From Chiloscyllium plagiosum (lineage: Eukaryota): a DNA stretch of 64,000 bases. The notes beneath the pieces are model-generated. The model searched no databases. It was given only the letters and a program-made list of their open reading frames with translations, and had not been told where the DNA came from. The position numbers and the translations under genes are program-made. The stretch covers positions 21,487,882 to 21,551,881 of the forward strand of contig NC_057720.1 of NCBI RefSeq assembly GCF_004010195.1, read 5' to 3'. Shown piece by piece: positions 24,950 through 38,669 of this stretch; the first letter of the stretch is position 1; each line of letters starts with the position of its first letter.

Positions 24950-25715
24950 GCCACTTCTCAGTCAAAGGCTTGATGTTGTCCAGGTCATGTTGGATTTTTA
25001 CATGGTCTGTGTCAGTTTCTGAGGAGTCATAAATGTTGCTCAACATAATGCAATCATCAGCAAACATTTGACCTTTTAAAAGTTAGGTCTGAAAATGGAA
25101 GAATTGATGAAGCAACTGCAAATGTTGGGGCTAGGAGACTACCCTAAAGGAACTCCTGCAGCAATGTCTTAGGATGGAGATGGTTGGACTCCCAACGATC
25201 ACAACAACCTTCCTGATTGATGCTACATATGACTGCCATCAGTGTAACCACAGGGTTTTCCCCTGATTCCCATTGATTCCAGATTGCTAATTCTACTTGT
25301 TGCTCTAGAATGAGTTGCCAGAGGATGTGGTGGAGGCTGGTACAATTGCAACATTTAAGAGGCATTTGGATGGGTATATGAATAGGAAAGGTTTGGAGGG
25401 ATATGGGCCGGGTGCTGGCAGGTGGGACTAGATTGGGTTGGGATATCTGGTTGGCGTGGACGGGTGGACCGAAGGGTCTGTTTCCATGCTGTACATCTCT
25501 ATGACTATGACTCTATAAATGCCAAGAGCATTGTCTTTCACCACCTTGCCTGAGTTGTGCTCTTTGTCCAGGTTTGAATCAAGGCTACAGTGGAATCAGG
25601 AACCAAATGTGCCCTGACAAAACCCAAACTGAACATCAGTGAGCAGGTTATTGCTTAGTAATTGCTGCTCAATAGTCCTATCAATGATACCTTCCATCAC
25701 TTTATCAATAACCGT
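24950..25715 (-). mobile_element. Internal RT fragment of an old LINE, containing a nested CR1 3' end
   Basis: Minus strand around 25130-25165 reads as a degenerate GVPQGSVLGP-like motif (gcaggagttcctttagggtagtctcctagcccc). Confidence 0.55.
25308..25515 (+). mobile_element. CR1 3' end
   Basis: Near-identical to 9370-9577; (CTATGA)n tail. Confidence 0.9.
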
Positions 25716-27594
25716 GATGGGGAGGGAATTCAAAAGAAAACTTTTTCTCTCCAAACATTGAAATGCAGAAATCACTAACTCAGGGTGTGGTTGAGGTGGG
25801 AAGTGGAGGCTACAGAAGCATATCAGAGTGAAAGGGATAGAGGGATATTTTGATAGATGTAGAAAAAAATGTATGGGAAAAGTGTGGAGAGTAAATACTG
25901 ATATGGACTAGTTCAGCTGATCATTCTGTTTCTGTGTTATATATCCTATCCAATTCTATGTCATATCATCAAACATAGTAATAGAAATCAAACATTTCTA
26001 GTTGAAATTCCACTTTAACATGAAATCGAATTGATTGAATATTCACATCTTCTGCTTGCTTCATGAAAGTCAGAGAAGGACTGAACTCTGGAAAGATCGA
26101 TTTGGCTTATTGCCGAGTATTGGAGATGCTGCTGTTTATTTTGCAACACCTGGTCCTTTTAATTAGCTTGTAGGCCTTAAGCTTTTTGTAATTTGTTTGA
26201 TACATTAAGACTTGAAACAGTCTCTGAAGAAAATAGCATTGGCTTCATTCAAATGAAAATGAGGAGCATCTAATGAGTGGGAGGTTCAGGTGTTGCACGT
26301 TGCTTTTTACATTGATTGTTTCTGGGAAGGATTTATGGCTCTTCAGTTGCCTCACCTTTAAATGAGGCCAGACTAGCTTTGATTTTTGTTAAATTATGTT
26401 TTAATATTACAACAAACAATTTGTGGTTTTACGTGTTTTGTAGTTGTAATAGTCAAAGATTTGATTTTAAAGAAACTATAGGCAATTTATCCCTCCCTGG
26501 AGATGGCAAGGAATAAAAATATTGGGCAAACTGAGCCTGGAAAACTACATACCCCCTTCTTGCCAACTCACCAATTAAGTGCTGAATGAAAAGGTCCACT
26601 GGGAATTTTTTCAACTTGCCTGCAATTAAAATCCTTACATGTTTGATTAAAGGCTACGAAGGGGCCTCAACTCAACACCTCCCTGATGGCAGGGATAAGT
26701 GGCTGGTTTTCCAATCAGGTAAGCAGCACAATCGGCTTTTTGGGGTTGCCTCCTGTCTGGGATAACTGGAGACACAGATGGGGGTGGGAAAAGAGAGATT
26801 GGTCTCAAAAAGCCAATCACTTATTGCTTTCTCCCAATAGCCTGCCTCATTAGAAACCAAAGATAAAGACCTACCTTCTCACTATTGGATGCCATTCAAT
26901 GGTTTCAACCAACAATCTTTTGGATCCAAAGCACCTGGCTTCTGATTGGCCAACAGCTTCTGGTGAGGTGGCATGCCACTAAGGAGACTGTGATAGGCTG
27001 AGATGTTCACCAATTAGCCGGTTGCTTTGTGATCTGGCTAACTGTCTGAGAGGTAGGGGCAACAAATTAGCTGAAGTGCTTACCTTAGATTAGCTTAAAT
27101 CTGAGATGCAGAAACTTGCCCATCCCAAAACTTTGCCTGAAATCTCAACCTGTATTTGATTTTATGATATCCGTTCAAAATCACTGCCTCAGTGTCCACC
27201 TATTGAAAAACAGATAAATCTCTTGGCTTTATTCTGTCTCCTGCCAACCAGCAGTGACTGTGCAGTGTGCCACCATGTAGCAATCCCTACTCGCTGTTTC
27301 TGACCCTACAAAATTATTCCAGAAATCAGTGACTTTCCAACTCAGGCATTTAATGCTTTCCTCAGCCAAGCATTAAAATGCTGCACAATGCAATGGAAAA
27401 TGAAATAAAAATAGTGATGGAGCAGTACTCTCCACTGGGAACAGAGTATAATGACCATAAGGTTATCGCTGCAGGCAGAAAGGGAGAACATTGAGCAGGT
27501 GTCCAGGGTCCTTACACAAGTTTACAGGGACAAGGCATCTATTAGTATCTGCTCATGAGACCGATTTGCACAGATGCTCAGAGCCGTTGCTTAC

Positions 27595-27691
27595 CAGAAA
27601 ACCAGCAGGCAGGATACAAAAGGTCATGAGTAGGAATATCATGCACATACTGAACGTGGATTGTAAACAACCACTCCCAAGTAGACAACAT
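27595..27691 (-). other. Candidate first exon ending at a strong donor
   Basis: Donor CTG|gtaagc at 27595/27594. Open from ATG 27648 (MCMIFLLMTFCILPAGFL, phase 0) or ATG 27691 (32 aa, phase 1). A few CpGs lie just upstream. Confidence 0.25.
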
Positions 27692-28342
27692 GAAGCTGCC
27701 TGACCTGACGCCGCATCACAGCTAACCCTGAACGCAGCCTGACTATGAGACAAGTCTCAGAACCTCGTCCTGCCAGCAACTATCTGAATGTTACTGTAGA
27801 GCGATATCTAGTTGCCTTGGAAAAGTATTATTGTCTGGAGAAATTTGTCACCCAGGCACACACAACATAAGTAAAGAAATTCAGAAGCTTAAAGCACAAG
27901 CTCAGGAGTTGACAGGTTTAAAGTTAGCAAGGGAACCAGTGAGATTTGCAGAGGAAAATTACCCTCCAAAGAAAGGGAACCGATTTAAAATAGCCACAGA
28001 TGGGGAGCAAACAGTTTGCCAAACTATATTCCAATAAAATTGCTGTTTAAATGTTCTCATGTTTATTTAACATATTACATCCCCATGCATAATTAAAGCA
28101 AGAGGAAGGATCCCATTTCAAACAAAACCAATCGAGCACTCTTTCTGCTTGGTAAATTTTGAATTGAGGATACAGAGATCAACTGAGGTATAATTTTAAT
28201 TGGATATCTGAAATGACACTAGATTATTCCTTGTATGACTATTAATTAAATAGGGTGTCCTTTGGAGTTTCATTGCAGTGATTCTTCAAACTGTTGAAGA
28301 TTCTTCCAAGAAGTCATTTGGACGTGTCAGGCTAATTTTAAT

Positions 28343-28628
28343 ATTAGATTAGATTCCTACAGTATGGAAACAGGCCCTTCGGCCCAACCAGTCCACACCA
28401 ACCCACCGAAGAGAAACCCACACCCTATATTTACCCCTGACTAATACACCTAACACTACAGGAAATTTAGTGTGGCCAATTCACCTGACCTGCACATCTT
28501 TGGACTGTGGGAGGAAACTGGAGCACCCGGAGGAAAGCCACGCAGACACAGGGAGAATGTGCAAACTCCACACAGAGAGTTGCTGGAGGCAGGAATTGAA
28601 CCCGGGTCCCTGGCACTGTGCTAACCAA
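28343..28628 (-). mobile_element. HE1-type V-SINE
   Basis: (AATCT)n tail, V-domain, partly deleted head. Confidence 0.9.
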
Positions 28629-31121
28629 GATATGGTCTTAAGGTATACAAGTTAATGAGTTTCAGTGACAAAGTCCAGTTGAAACACCAAGAAAATTCCA
28701 TGCCCCTAGAGCATGCTGAGGTCTAAATCTACACAATTATACACCTGACCCTTTAAATTGCTGCTGACCATTAAATACCGTACTAACACAAATGGGTGAG
28801 ATGCCTATCACTAATATTGTGTATGAAGCTGTCTCACTCACATAACATGGCTAGCCATTGACCAGTCACTAGGTTAGAAGGCCAAAGAAACGTGATGGGG
28901 TTCTTTCTCAATGGGTCCATCTCACAGCTGACCTTATGACTTCAATCTGGGTGTGTGAGAGATTCGAAAGGCAGCATATGAAAATATTCACGTCCTCTTC
29001 CGAGAATGAACTGCGAACACTTTTTTTAAAAAAAGTTTTAGATGAATGATGGCCAGCACCAGAGGTGGGATTTAAATTGTACCTCATGAGGCCTCATAAC
29101 ATCGTCTGCTTATGCCACACATTAAAAACTAATTAGATTAAAAATTTAGTTTACGTTTAATTGAGTACATTATGGTCCTTGTGGAATTATCCCCGTGCAG
29201 TTGCAGGCAGCAAGGGTGCTAGTTAGGTCTTTGTTGCCAGATCTGGGTTCATAACATTTATGGTGGGACTGTTTGGTTAAACAGATTGCTAAAAGCAAAA
29301 ATATTTCCAGTAATTAGACTGTGATATCACCATTGTGATGAATGACCAAGCCAGAATACATGGTATACAATGTGACTATTATTCTATGCCGAAATCACTT
29401 TGTTTACCTGTGGCTAACGCAGGTGGCTTTTATGAAGCAGCTGTTTCTTTAGTTTTTGTAAATGAAGTAGGTCAATGTAGATACACTTAGTTTAAATGGA
29501 AAACAGACTGACAGGGAGCAGCTATCTGTGATTAATGCTGTCCAACAGAGCTTTTAATCAAATAAAACTACATCTGCAATTAAATATCTTGGTTGTAACT
29601 GAAAAGAAGACAGTTAAAATGATATTGTTCTGTAAAATTGGGTGCTTAATCTGCTTATTTTTAGTTAATGAGTTTGGTATGCATATTATTCTAATATGAC
29701 AGAGGCTGCTGTATAACAGACTTACATGATTATGGTGCCTTATTACATCATCACCAGTCAAATAATATAATATTTTATTTCTGCTGGTGCTTTTTAAAAA
29801 AATATTTGTCTCTTGTCTAGACATACACTGCAAGACTCCTGTGCAGATGGGTATTGGTTGGAGCCATGATGATCTATCCCATTTTCCTGTCAGCTTGCAA
29901 TTTCATTTTACAAACAATGTGGGTTGTTACACAAAGTCGCAAAACCCGCAAATTCCAGTGAAATCTTTTCCATAGGGCCTGTACAATAGTCACTCAGAAA
30001 TAGGTGTTTCTAAAGCAGTAATTCCCTCTCCTCAGTACATTCGAGTACAGCAATGTTCCAGGAAAATGCATTTTACTGCACTTATTCCCAGCAGTCCCCA
30101 CATGTGATGTGTGGGTGTTGGCATTTGTATGATATAGATACACACAGATTGAGAAATGATTTCAGTTCATTCGCCCAAACTAAATATATGATCAACCATT
30201 ATAAGCTAGAACAGATAGGCCAGAGACTGACTTACATCTGCTGACTAGTCGCTCAATGGTAGAGAGAATTTCAATTATGATCAAAAGAGGGGAAAGGAAG
30301 TGATCAGGAGAGAATGGTCTCAACAAACTAGGAAAGTAGTACTCCAATGCGTAATATGATTATTAGGATTTACATTTTCTTATCCAGCCCAACGAAAATC
30401 TACCCCTATTGCGTTGTCGTAGTGCTAAAATGAAAAATGAGTCACCATCAATTAAAATCAACTAAATAATATGGCTACTTTGTTTAAATGATATTTTAGG
30501 CTATATTCCGACAATTCAACTTTTAGGAATTTGGAGGCTGCTCATTTATTCTCAAACTGCAAGTAAAGTAACTGGGAGAAGAAACATGTTTCTAACTTAA
30601 TCACTAAGTATGCGCTGGACTCACTAACTAGGGCTAGGTCTGAAGGGAACCCACTTTCTCCAGGCCTTTTGGTGAAATAGAAAGCAGAAGGCTGCAGTTT
30701 AACAGATTACACTGCATGCAGGGAATAAAACATTCTCTTACACCTAGTGCAGATTAACCAGTTGGAGCTAGTGTGTTTCTTATTCTGTGACCTAACATCA
30801 AACTGGTCTGTCTGCTAAAGTCCTGGACTGATCATGTTGGATAGTGTGCTGCCTATGCTGAGTTCATTTGAAACACTAAATATTGATGAACAACCTGAAG
30901 AGTAACAAATGTTCCTGAGGTCATTGCTGCTCTAATATTGTGCTTTGCGAATGTTGTAGAATGCACTCAAAATATACTATAGCTTTTCATATATAGTTCA
31001 TATGTATTTACATTTCATTTTCTTGTATTTACATCTTATGGACCTATCACCCTTCCAGCTGTGCCATCTTCCCAACAGTTTATTTCTCTCCTTTTCCTCC
31101 TTTAAAACTTCTTAAAACCTA

Positions 31122-31264
31122 TGATGTAGAGGTGCTGGTGTTGGAATGGGGCAGACAAAGTCGAAGGTCACATGACACCAGATTATAGTTCAACTGGCTT
31201 ATTTGAATTCGCAAGTTTAGGTGATGAAGGAGCAGGGCTCAAAAAGCTTGTGATTTCAAATAAA
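31122..31264. mobile_element. Partially collapsed palindromic mini-element, GGAGC-stem hammerhead subfamily
   Basis: gtgatgaaggagcagggctcaaaaagcttgtg; similar to 38482-38669; TSD tcttaaaaccta 31110-31121 / tcttaaaatcta 31265-31276. Confidence 0.7.
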
Positions 31265-31704
31265 TCTTAAAATCTAAACTTTTGAACAAATATTTGGTCA
31301 CTTTGCTCATGCTTCCTTCTTTACCTCAAAATCCAATTTGGTTTAATTTTGGGTGCCATCTCTCCGGACTGTGTTGGATCATTAAAGGTACTTAATCGAT
31401 GCAAGTTGTTGTTATTGTTGATTCTACATTAGAAAATGGACTGAATCCTGGTTATATTTAAATGGACAAGCACAAAAAGATCCAGTATGTAGAGGGAACA
31501 AACTGTAAATATGAAATAAAAACTGAAACTGAAAAATGCACATAGATTAATCAGCATCTAGAACTTTCTAAATCACTGGTTAGGCCTCAACTGGAATACT
31601 GTAAGCAGTTCTGAAAATTGTACATCAAGGATTATATAAAGTCCTTAGAAAGGAAATAAAAGAGGTTTTTAATTTCTTTGTTACATATAAAGTACCATAT
31701 ACTC

Positions 31705-31908
31705 TGGTTGCTGAAAATCTGAAATAAAGACTGCAAGCGCTCAGCAGCAGGCTCTGTGAAGAGAGAACCTGAGTTAACATTTCAGGTTGATGGTCTTTCA
31801 TCAGGATTTCAGGGTCACAATGGAATTCTGATCAGAGGCCATCGACCTGAGATGTTAACTCTCTACCTTGCTCAACAGATGCTGACTGACCTATTGAGCA
31901 TTTTCTGT
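31705..31908. mobile_element. Old palindromic Penelope-terminus element inside a decayed CR1 (~31560-32095)
   Basis: gagttaacatttcaggttgatggtctttcatcag is inverted to ctgatcagaggccatcgacctgagatgttaactc. Confidence 0.65.
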
Positions 31909-33724
31909 TCACCAGGATGTGACCAGGGATGAGGGACTTCAACTATAAGGAGGAGTTGAAAAGAATAGGATGGCTTGTAATTGGAACAGAGGAGGTTAAG
32001 AGCCCTGTCAGAGGTTTTCACATGGTGTTGATAGAGTAGGATAAAAATAAAAAACTGTTCCTTCAAGTGAGTGGTCAATACCAGATTTAAAGTTATTCTA
32101 TATTCTATGGATCTATAGCACTCCTGAAGATGACTGGTGAAGAATCTGGAGACCCTCTGAATGGGATACATTTCCCTCTGTTGGCTCTCAGTGCAGTCCA
32201 CGAAACAGTCTCTGCTGAAGTCTGTCTATGGTGGCTTCCATCATAGGTCAATAGAATTGCTATCTTAATATTTTAGGGGCTATTTAGTTTAGTAGGCAAA
32301 TGGCATAGAATCATGGCAACGGTGTAGGTTCAATCCCTGTTCCTCACCCTTACCATGAAGCCCCTCAAGCCAGATAGCCACATGTTCTTCCCTTATATAA
32401 AGAAATGTCCATGGTCCTTCATGTACCTTGGTTAAATAATGAAGTGGACAGCATCGTATAATCCATCTGCACAAATATATACAAGTTTTATAATCCTGCT
32501 ATACAGCAGAACTTCTATGTAAGGTATCCAATTTATCCGAATCAATATATTCAATCTGGGTTTGGAGAAATGAGACTGACTGGGTGTTGCAAATCGTGGG
32601 AGATTTGAAAGCGAAGACTCACACGTAATATTAAGTTAATTTAATTTTTAATTGTATTCTGTCAACATGTCTTTCAAGAGATAATATGAGATTAAATACA
32701 ATACAAAGTTTTAAAAAATAAAAATAAGAAGCACATGCACAAAATTTATTCCATCCAGCTGTAACCTTTTGTATCTGAAAAAAAAAGAGAAATTTGCGCC
32801 TAACTGTAAAAGCTCTGAGAAGCAATATTCTATTTACACTGGAGTACTTGTGCTGGAATATTCTAGTATTTAGACGATCTGATGCAATTCTGGCAGTGTA
32901 AACCCAGCCAAATTATACTCTGCAACCACTCGCCAGCATAAAAATGGATTTTCCTGTGGTAGGTTTCATGCTGGGATGAAAGCAGAGATACTACAGTGTA
33001 AATTACTGACAAGCTTTAAGCTACCTCAGTCTGGCACCTCCAGGTTTTATATTGTCGTGCTGTTTAAAGGCTCAGTACAGCCTAATAAATAGTCATGAAT
33101 TTCAGTGTTTTAACCAACTCTAGCCATAGAGTCTGAATCCTGCCTTCTTTCTGCCTCATCTCTCTTGCATTTTCAATCGATGACCTTTGTATATGTGGAG
33201 CTTTATTTGGAGCCTCGGTGATCTGCCACTTTAACCTTTTCTTCTGGTCTGGAGGAAATAGTTTTTGTGCTGGAAAGTTGTCCTGGTTATACAGTAGGTA
33301 TCAATCTAAACTGTCTTTGATTCTACACAGTAAAAGTAGATGTAGAACAACAACTTCTGGTTTGTGTGGGCTGCATTTAGGCTGAGTCGTGCTCAAAGTT
33401 AATATGACAGCAGTATTAGAAAGGTGAATGGAAAAAAAAACAGATTAAAAGGATGTGGGGACAGAATAGGTAAATGTGATTTAAATGTTGCTGATGGTTA
33501 TGCTGAATACCTTCAATTTCCATGTTTTAACCTTTATGTTCTGAAAACACATAATAATATTTTAAGTGAATAATAAATTGAGTAAATTTTCCGAAGATAA
33601 AAAACTAAGCTGTAATGGTATTAGTTATGATTAGCTTTTGAGACAAACCTAATCTAAACCAAATTTACACTAATTTTTAGATTACATTTTTACGATATAA
33701 TCGCTGTTAGAACAGCTAAGCAGT

Positions 33725-33920
33725 TCTGGAACACCTTGTCACAAAAGGCTACAGAGGCCAAGTCATTGAGCGAATTTACGACAGAGAATGGTAAGTTCTC
33801 AATTAGTAAGGGGATCAAAGGTTATAGAGAGAATGCAGGAGAATCAGCCATGATCGAATGATGGAGCTAACTCAATAGGCCAAACAGCCGAATTCTGCTC
33901 CTATATCATATGATCTTTTA
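33725..33920 (+). mobile_element. Old CR1 3' end
   Basis: Similar to 6240-6470 and 22060-22268 (tcagccatgatcgaatg...ctgctcctat). Confidence 0.7.
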
Positions 33921-33984
33921 GAAATGTTAAGATTAGCTTCAGTTGGGTGGTGTGTACTGATTGGAAAGGCAGTAGTTATCTAAT

Positions 33985-35021
33985 GTCATAGAGTCATAGA
34001 GATGTACAGCATGGAAACAGACCCTTCGGTCCAACTTGTCCATGCCAACCAGATATCCCAACCCAATCTAATCCCACCTGCCAGCACCCGGCCCATATAC
34101 CTCCAAACCCTTCCTGTTCATGTACCCACCCACATGCCTTTAAAATGTTGCAGTTGTATGAGCCTCCACCACTACCTCAGGCCTGATAAAGGGCTTTTGC
34201 CGAAACATCAATTTTCCTGCTCCTCAGATGCTGCCTGATCTGTTGTGCTTTTCCAGCACTACTCTAATCTAGACTCACTTCCTCTGGCAGCCCATTCCAT
34301 ACACACATCACACTCTGCGTGAAAATGTTGCCCCTTAGGTCTCTTTTATATCTTTCCCCTCTCACCCTAAACCTATGCCCTCTATTCAAGGACTCCCCCA
34401 ACACAGGAAAATATCATGTGTATTTATCCTATCCGTGCCCCTTATGATTTTATAAACCTCTATAAGGTCACCCCTCAGCCTCCGACCCTCCAGGGAAAGC
34501 AGCCCCAGCCTATTCAACCTCTCCCTATATCTCAAATCCTTCAACATCCCTGTAAGTCTTTTCTGAACCCTTTCAAGTTTCACAACATCCTTCCGATAGG
34601 AAGAAGAAAGGAATTGTACACAGTATTCCAAAAGTGGCCTAATCAATGTCTTTTACAGCTGCAACATGACCTTCCAACTCCTGTTCTCAATACTCTGACC
34701 AATAAAGGAAAGCATACCAAACACCTTCTTCACTATCCTATCTACCTGCGGCTCCACTTTCAAGGAGCTATGAACCTGCACTCCAAGGTCTCTTTGTTCA
34801 GCAACACTCCCTAGGACTTTACCATTAAGTGTATATGTCCTCCTAAAATTTGCTTTCCCAAAATGCAGCACCTCGCATTTATCTAAATTAAACTCCATCT
34901 GCCACTCCTCAGCCCATTGGCTGATTTGATCAAGATCCTGTTGTAATTTGAGGTAACCTTCTTCGCTGTCCACGACACCTCCAATATTATCTACAAACTT
35001 ATTAACTATACCTCTTACGTT
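33985..35021 (-). mobile_element. 5'-truncated CR1 LINE
   Basis: Minus ORFs 34653-34973 and 34386-34646 are near-identical in translation to the CR1 at 8597-9577. Confidence 0.95.
34183..34275 (+). mobile_element. Single-arm Penelope-terminus mini-element inserted in CR1
   Basis: Starts ctgataaagggcttttgccgaaacatc; TSD cactacctcaggc 34170-34182 / cacttcctctggc 34276-34288 (11/13); the duplicated word is single-copy in the CR1 at 6949-7262. Confidence 0.85.
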
Positions 35022-35861
35022 GTACCAAAATTAAAATATATATTGCTGAAAACTTTTTCTTCCCCAAAGAATATATTGAAGAAAGTTAGCCTGGCTCAGT
35101 TAATAAAATTGTTGCATCTTAGTAAAAGAAAGTAGATTTAAGTTAATAATCTAGGATGACACTCTAGTGAAATGAATTGCTCAAAGTGCTGCCCTACTGA
35201 AGTCCTGTTTGTCTGGTTAGGTATATGTTAAAAGGTCTAATGGGAAGCTGTAATGAGGTTAGTATCTGGAAGCATAGGATCAAATATGCCACAGGGTCTC
35301 CTTTACAAATCTGTCTCTGATAAAGGAAGGGCTTTCACATATTATCTTTACCTTGTTTTTCTGGTATTTACTTAAATTCAGTTAGAGAACAGCACACAGA
35401 ATTGTACCTGTTCATGTGGGTCTCTTTCTCCTGAAAGGACCTTCCAGATTATAATGCCAGTACTGCAGTGGAAGACTGATTGAGAATGCACAGTGTGAAC
35501 AGGACATGTCTACTTCAATTCACATGAGCACATTAAAAACAGACTACTTTAGACACTAAGTAAGGTGATGTTATCTCAAAGCATGCTTCAGTACGATTGG
35601 AAAAAGGCAATTCACAATGTCAGGATACTAAAAGGCCACTTTTGTGGGTCGTGCATAAAGACAATATTGAACATTTATCCTGAATGATGCTCATAAATCC
35701 GGTGGTGGCTTTCCAAATTGACACACAATTGGCTGAACCAAAAAATGATAGTGGTCCAAGATTTAGTTAGAGAATAAAGTGAAATAGTTGTAGAATGTTT
35801 ACAAATGTTAAGATCCGGCTAGAATAGATAAAGCTCAGCAAAAATAAAAGACCTGCACTTT

Positions 35862-36190
35862 ATAGAATCCCTGCAGCATGGAAGCAGGCCATTCAACCCA
35901 TACTGACCCTCCAAAAAGCATCCCACCCAGATCCCCTCCACCCCAACTCCATTTCCTCCTCCTCCCCCATTCCGGCATTTTCCTTGGATAATCCACCCAG
36001 CCTCCCTGAATACTAGGGGCGATTTAACATGGCCAACTACCTAACCTGCACGTCTTTGGACTGTGGGAGAAAACAGGAGCACCCAGAAAAAATCTATGCA
36101 GACACGGGGAGAAAGCTCAAACTCTACACAGTCACTTGAGGGTGAAATTGAACCCAAGTCCCTGGCATTAATCACTGAGTCACTGTGCCC
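35862..36190 (-). mobile_element. HE1-type V-SINE (older)
   Basis: acctgcacgtctttggactgtgggag...; colinear with the other HE1 copies. Confidence 0.82.
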
Positions 36191-38481
36191 CTGCTATTTG
36201 TATAGTGCCATTCATGACTACCAGTCATTCCAAATACTTTAAAGTCAACTAAGTATTTTTTGAAACATTATTGTTGGAAAGCAGGAATAAAATGAAACAC
36301 ACATTTGCTTCCCCAGGAAGTGGCCGGCCTGTAGTTACCTGATTTCCCATTTCTGCTGTTATGAAATAATAAGATAATATTAACAGTTTTGCAGTCTAAT
36401 AGCACACTTTCAAAATCAGGAGAGCTTTGGAGTGATATATCTAAACTTTCTTCAAATTCCTGTCCTATGGCTGTTAGCGCACCTGGATGGACATCATCAA
36501 AATCCAAAAGATTATTTAGTCAAAGTCCTAATACTTACACCCTTACTGTTTAATTTCTAACCACTGCTGCATGTTCTAAGAACCAGGAGGTAGTCAATGA
36601 ACAGGTGAAGAAGGGAGACTGAGGGTGCAGAAGAGGGGAAAAGTGAGGGGAGAAGAACATGGATTAAAACACTAACTAATAGCAACTCTCTGAAGTTACA
36701 CTGATAACTGATTAACACATAGATATCCTTCATAATTGACTGCAATGAAATGGCTCACTGATAATCTTGATGTAGCCAGTAGAAATATGTACTAAGCCCC
36801 AAAATTCTAACATAGTTACTTGAAATAATCTCAAAACCTATTGATATTTACCCTGAAACCACCAGCAGAAGTCCCATGGAATGTATGGCCAGTCGACCTC
36901 AGTCAATCAATTGTAACAGATTTCCCCATCTCGAATTTGGACAGAACAGAAATGGAATAGGAAATGGAATAACTGCAACACTGGAGGTGTCGCCACCTGC
37001 CATTTTCGGGGACACAGCAAGACTCAGATTTTTTCTGTTCCTTTTAACATGACAATTTAGATTATGGGCTCATTCTGAACCAATTTCTGGGAGGTTTTCC
37101 AATTTTCAGCGAGACAACCAGAGTTCAGCAACAGTCAGGAATCAGACCAGCTCAACAGAGGCAGGGATAGGCCCAGCACAGTTCCAAATGGCACTGAGGA
37201 GGCTGAGCCTACCAAAGGGGTCTTACCTCCTCGGATAAAAATTCACCAATCTGGGAAATGGTTCACCTTGACATGTATTCCGGGCCTCCCACTGCATCTC
37301 CAAAATACAGAAAGTTTGAATGTTGCCATCTTATTTTCCATGAGCACAGAACTGGATTTTACACCCACCTACCAGTTGGGTTTTCACCCCTTCTCCTACA
37401 TTTAGTGTAAAATGCAGTGTGATCGTGTCAAGTTAGCACACTATGTCTTCCTGCCAGTCTGCAGTAACATGGAAGGTAAACAGGGGTCAAAATAAGAAGC
37501 TAACCTACCATTTTGAACAGCTACTGAGCATGCTAAAGATCCAATCCGCTGCAATCTTTTGTTGTCCACCCTATTTCTCAGTAATGAGAGAGGAAAAAAA
37601 CTTGAGATGGACTATGTCAGATCTGAGGAGGTAGCACCAAGGCTGGTACAAACGCCTACAAATGGAATCTTGGCTGGTTGTAGCAGCAGGGTCGGCTGGT
37701 GACAGTGACCACATCTGGGCATTGTTAGATTCTATTCATTCACTGTTCTGCAGTTGCCACAACAAATAAGATAAGAGTGAAAGGGCTAGGGGCTTGGAAT
37801 TTGTAACTGTGACTGACACCCAGTCCGCAGCCAAACCTTTTCCTATCTGATATTCCAGCCTAGATGTCTGAATGGCCAAGGAGACCCCTTTGCATGGCCA
37901 ATTGGCTGCCTGCCTGCTGGGTGGCTCTGAATTTGGTTCTGATGATTGATTCTATACGTTGAGACCAGCCAGAACATTTGCTTCCCTTTCTGCCTCCCAC
38001 ACCCTGCATTACACTGGCAGCCGCAGTGAAGATTGTTGATTCAGACCAGATTGTGGCCAACTTCCCTGGTGTCCTGACTCTCTACAACCTTAAACCACAT
38101 TCCACCTCCTCCACCCCCCCCGTCGCCCCCACCTCCCCCGCCCACAGTAACCAATGCGGAGGGAGGATGGTCTTTAAGATCATTACTCTTTGAAAATTCA
38201 GTTTCCCAGCACCTTGGATTTGAACCCATTTCCTGTCTCCGAGGGCCAAACCCAACTCCCTTGTTCAGTTTGGGTTACAGATTGCACACTGGTTCTGTGT
38301 GGAAGTGACAACTCACTAAAATGCAGTCAAACGTCAAAATCATGTGACACAGTCTGGTCTGAACTAAGCCAAGACATTACCATTGTGTGGCTTTTCCTCT
38401 CAGAGTACACTATCTTAAACTCAGCTCAGTACCAACAAACCTTAAACCACAGCCCCAAATAAGAGTTTTCACAGTAGAAAT

Positions 38482-38669
38482 TTAAAAATCACATAGCAGC
38501 AGGTGATAGTCCAACAGGTCTATTTGGAAGTACAAGCTTTGGGAGTGCAGCTCCTTCGTCAGGTACCTGATTGAGGAGCAGTGCTCTGAAAGCTTGTACT
38601 TCCTAATAAATCTGTTGGACTATCACCTGGTGTTGTGTAGTTTTTAATTTTGTCCACCTCACCACCACA
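38482..38669. mobile_element. Palindromic mini-element, GGAGC-stem hammerhead subfamily
   Basis: ~80-bp inverted arms centred on tcaggtacctga (38559-38570); TSD tcacagtagaaat 38469-38481 / tcacaatagaaat 38670-38682. Confidence 0.85.
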
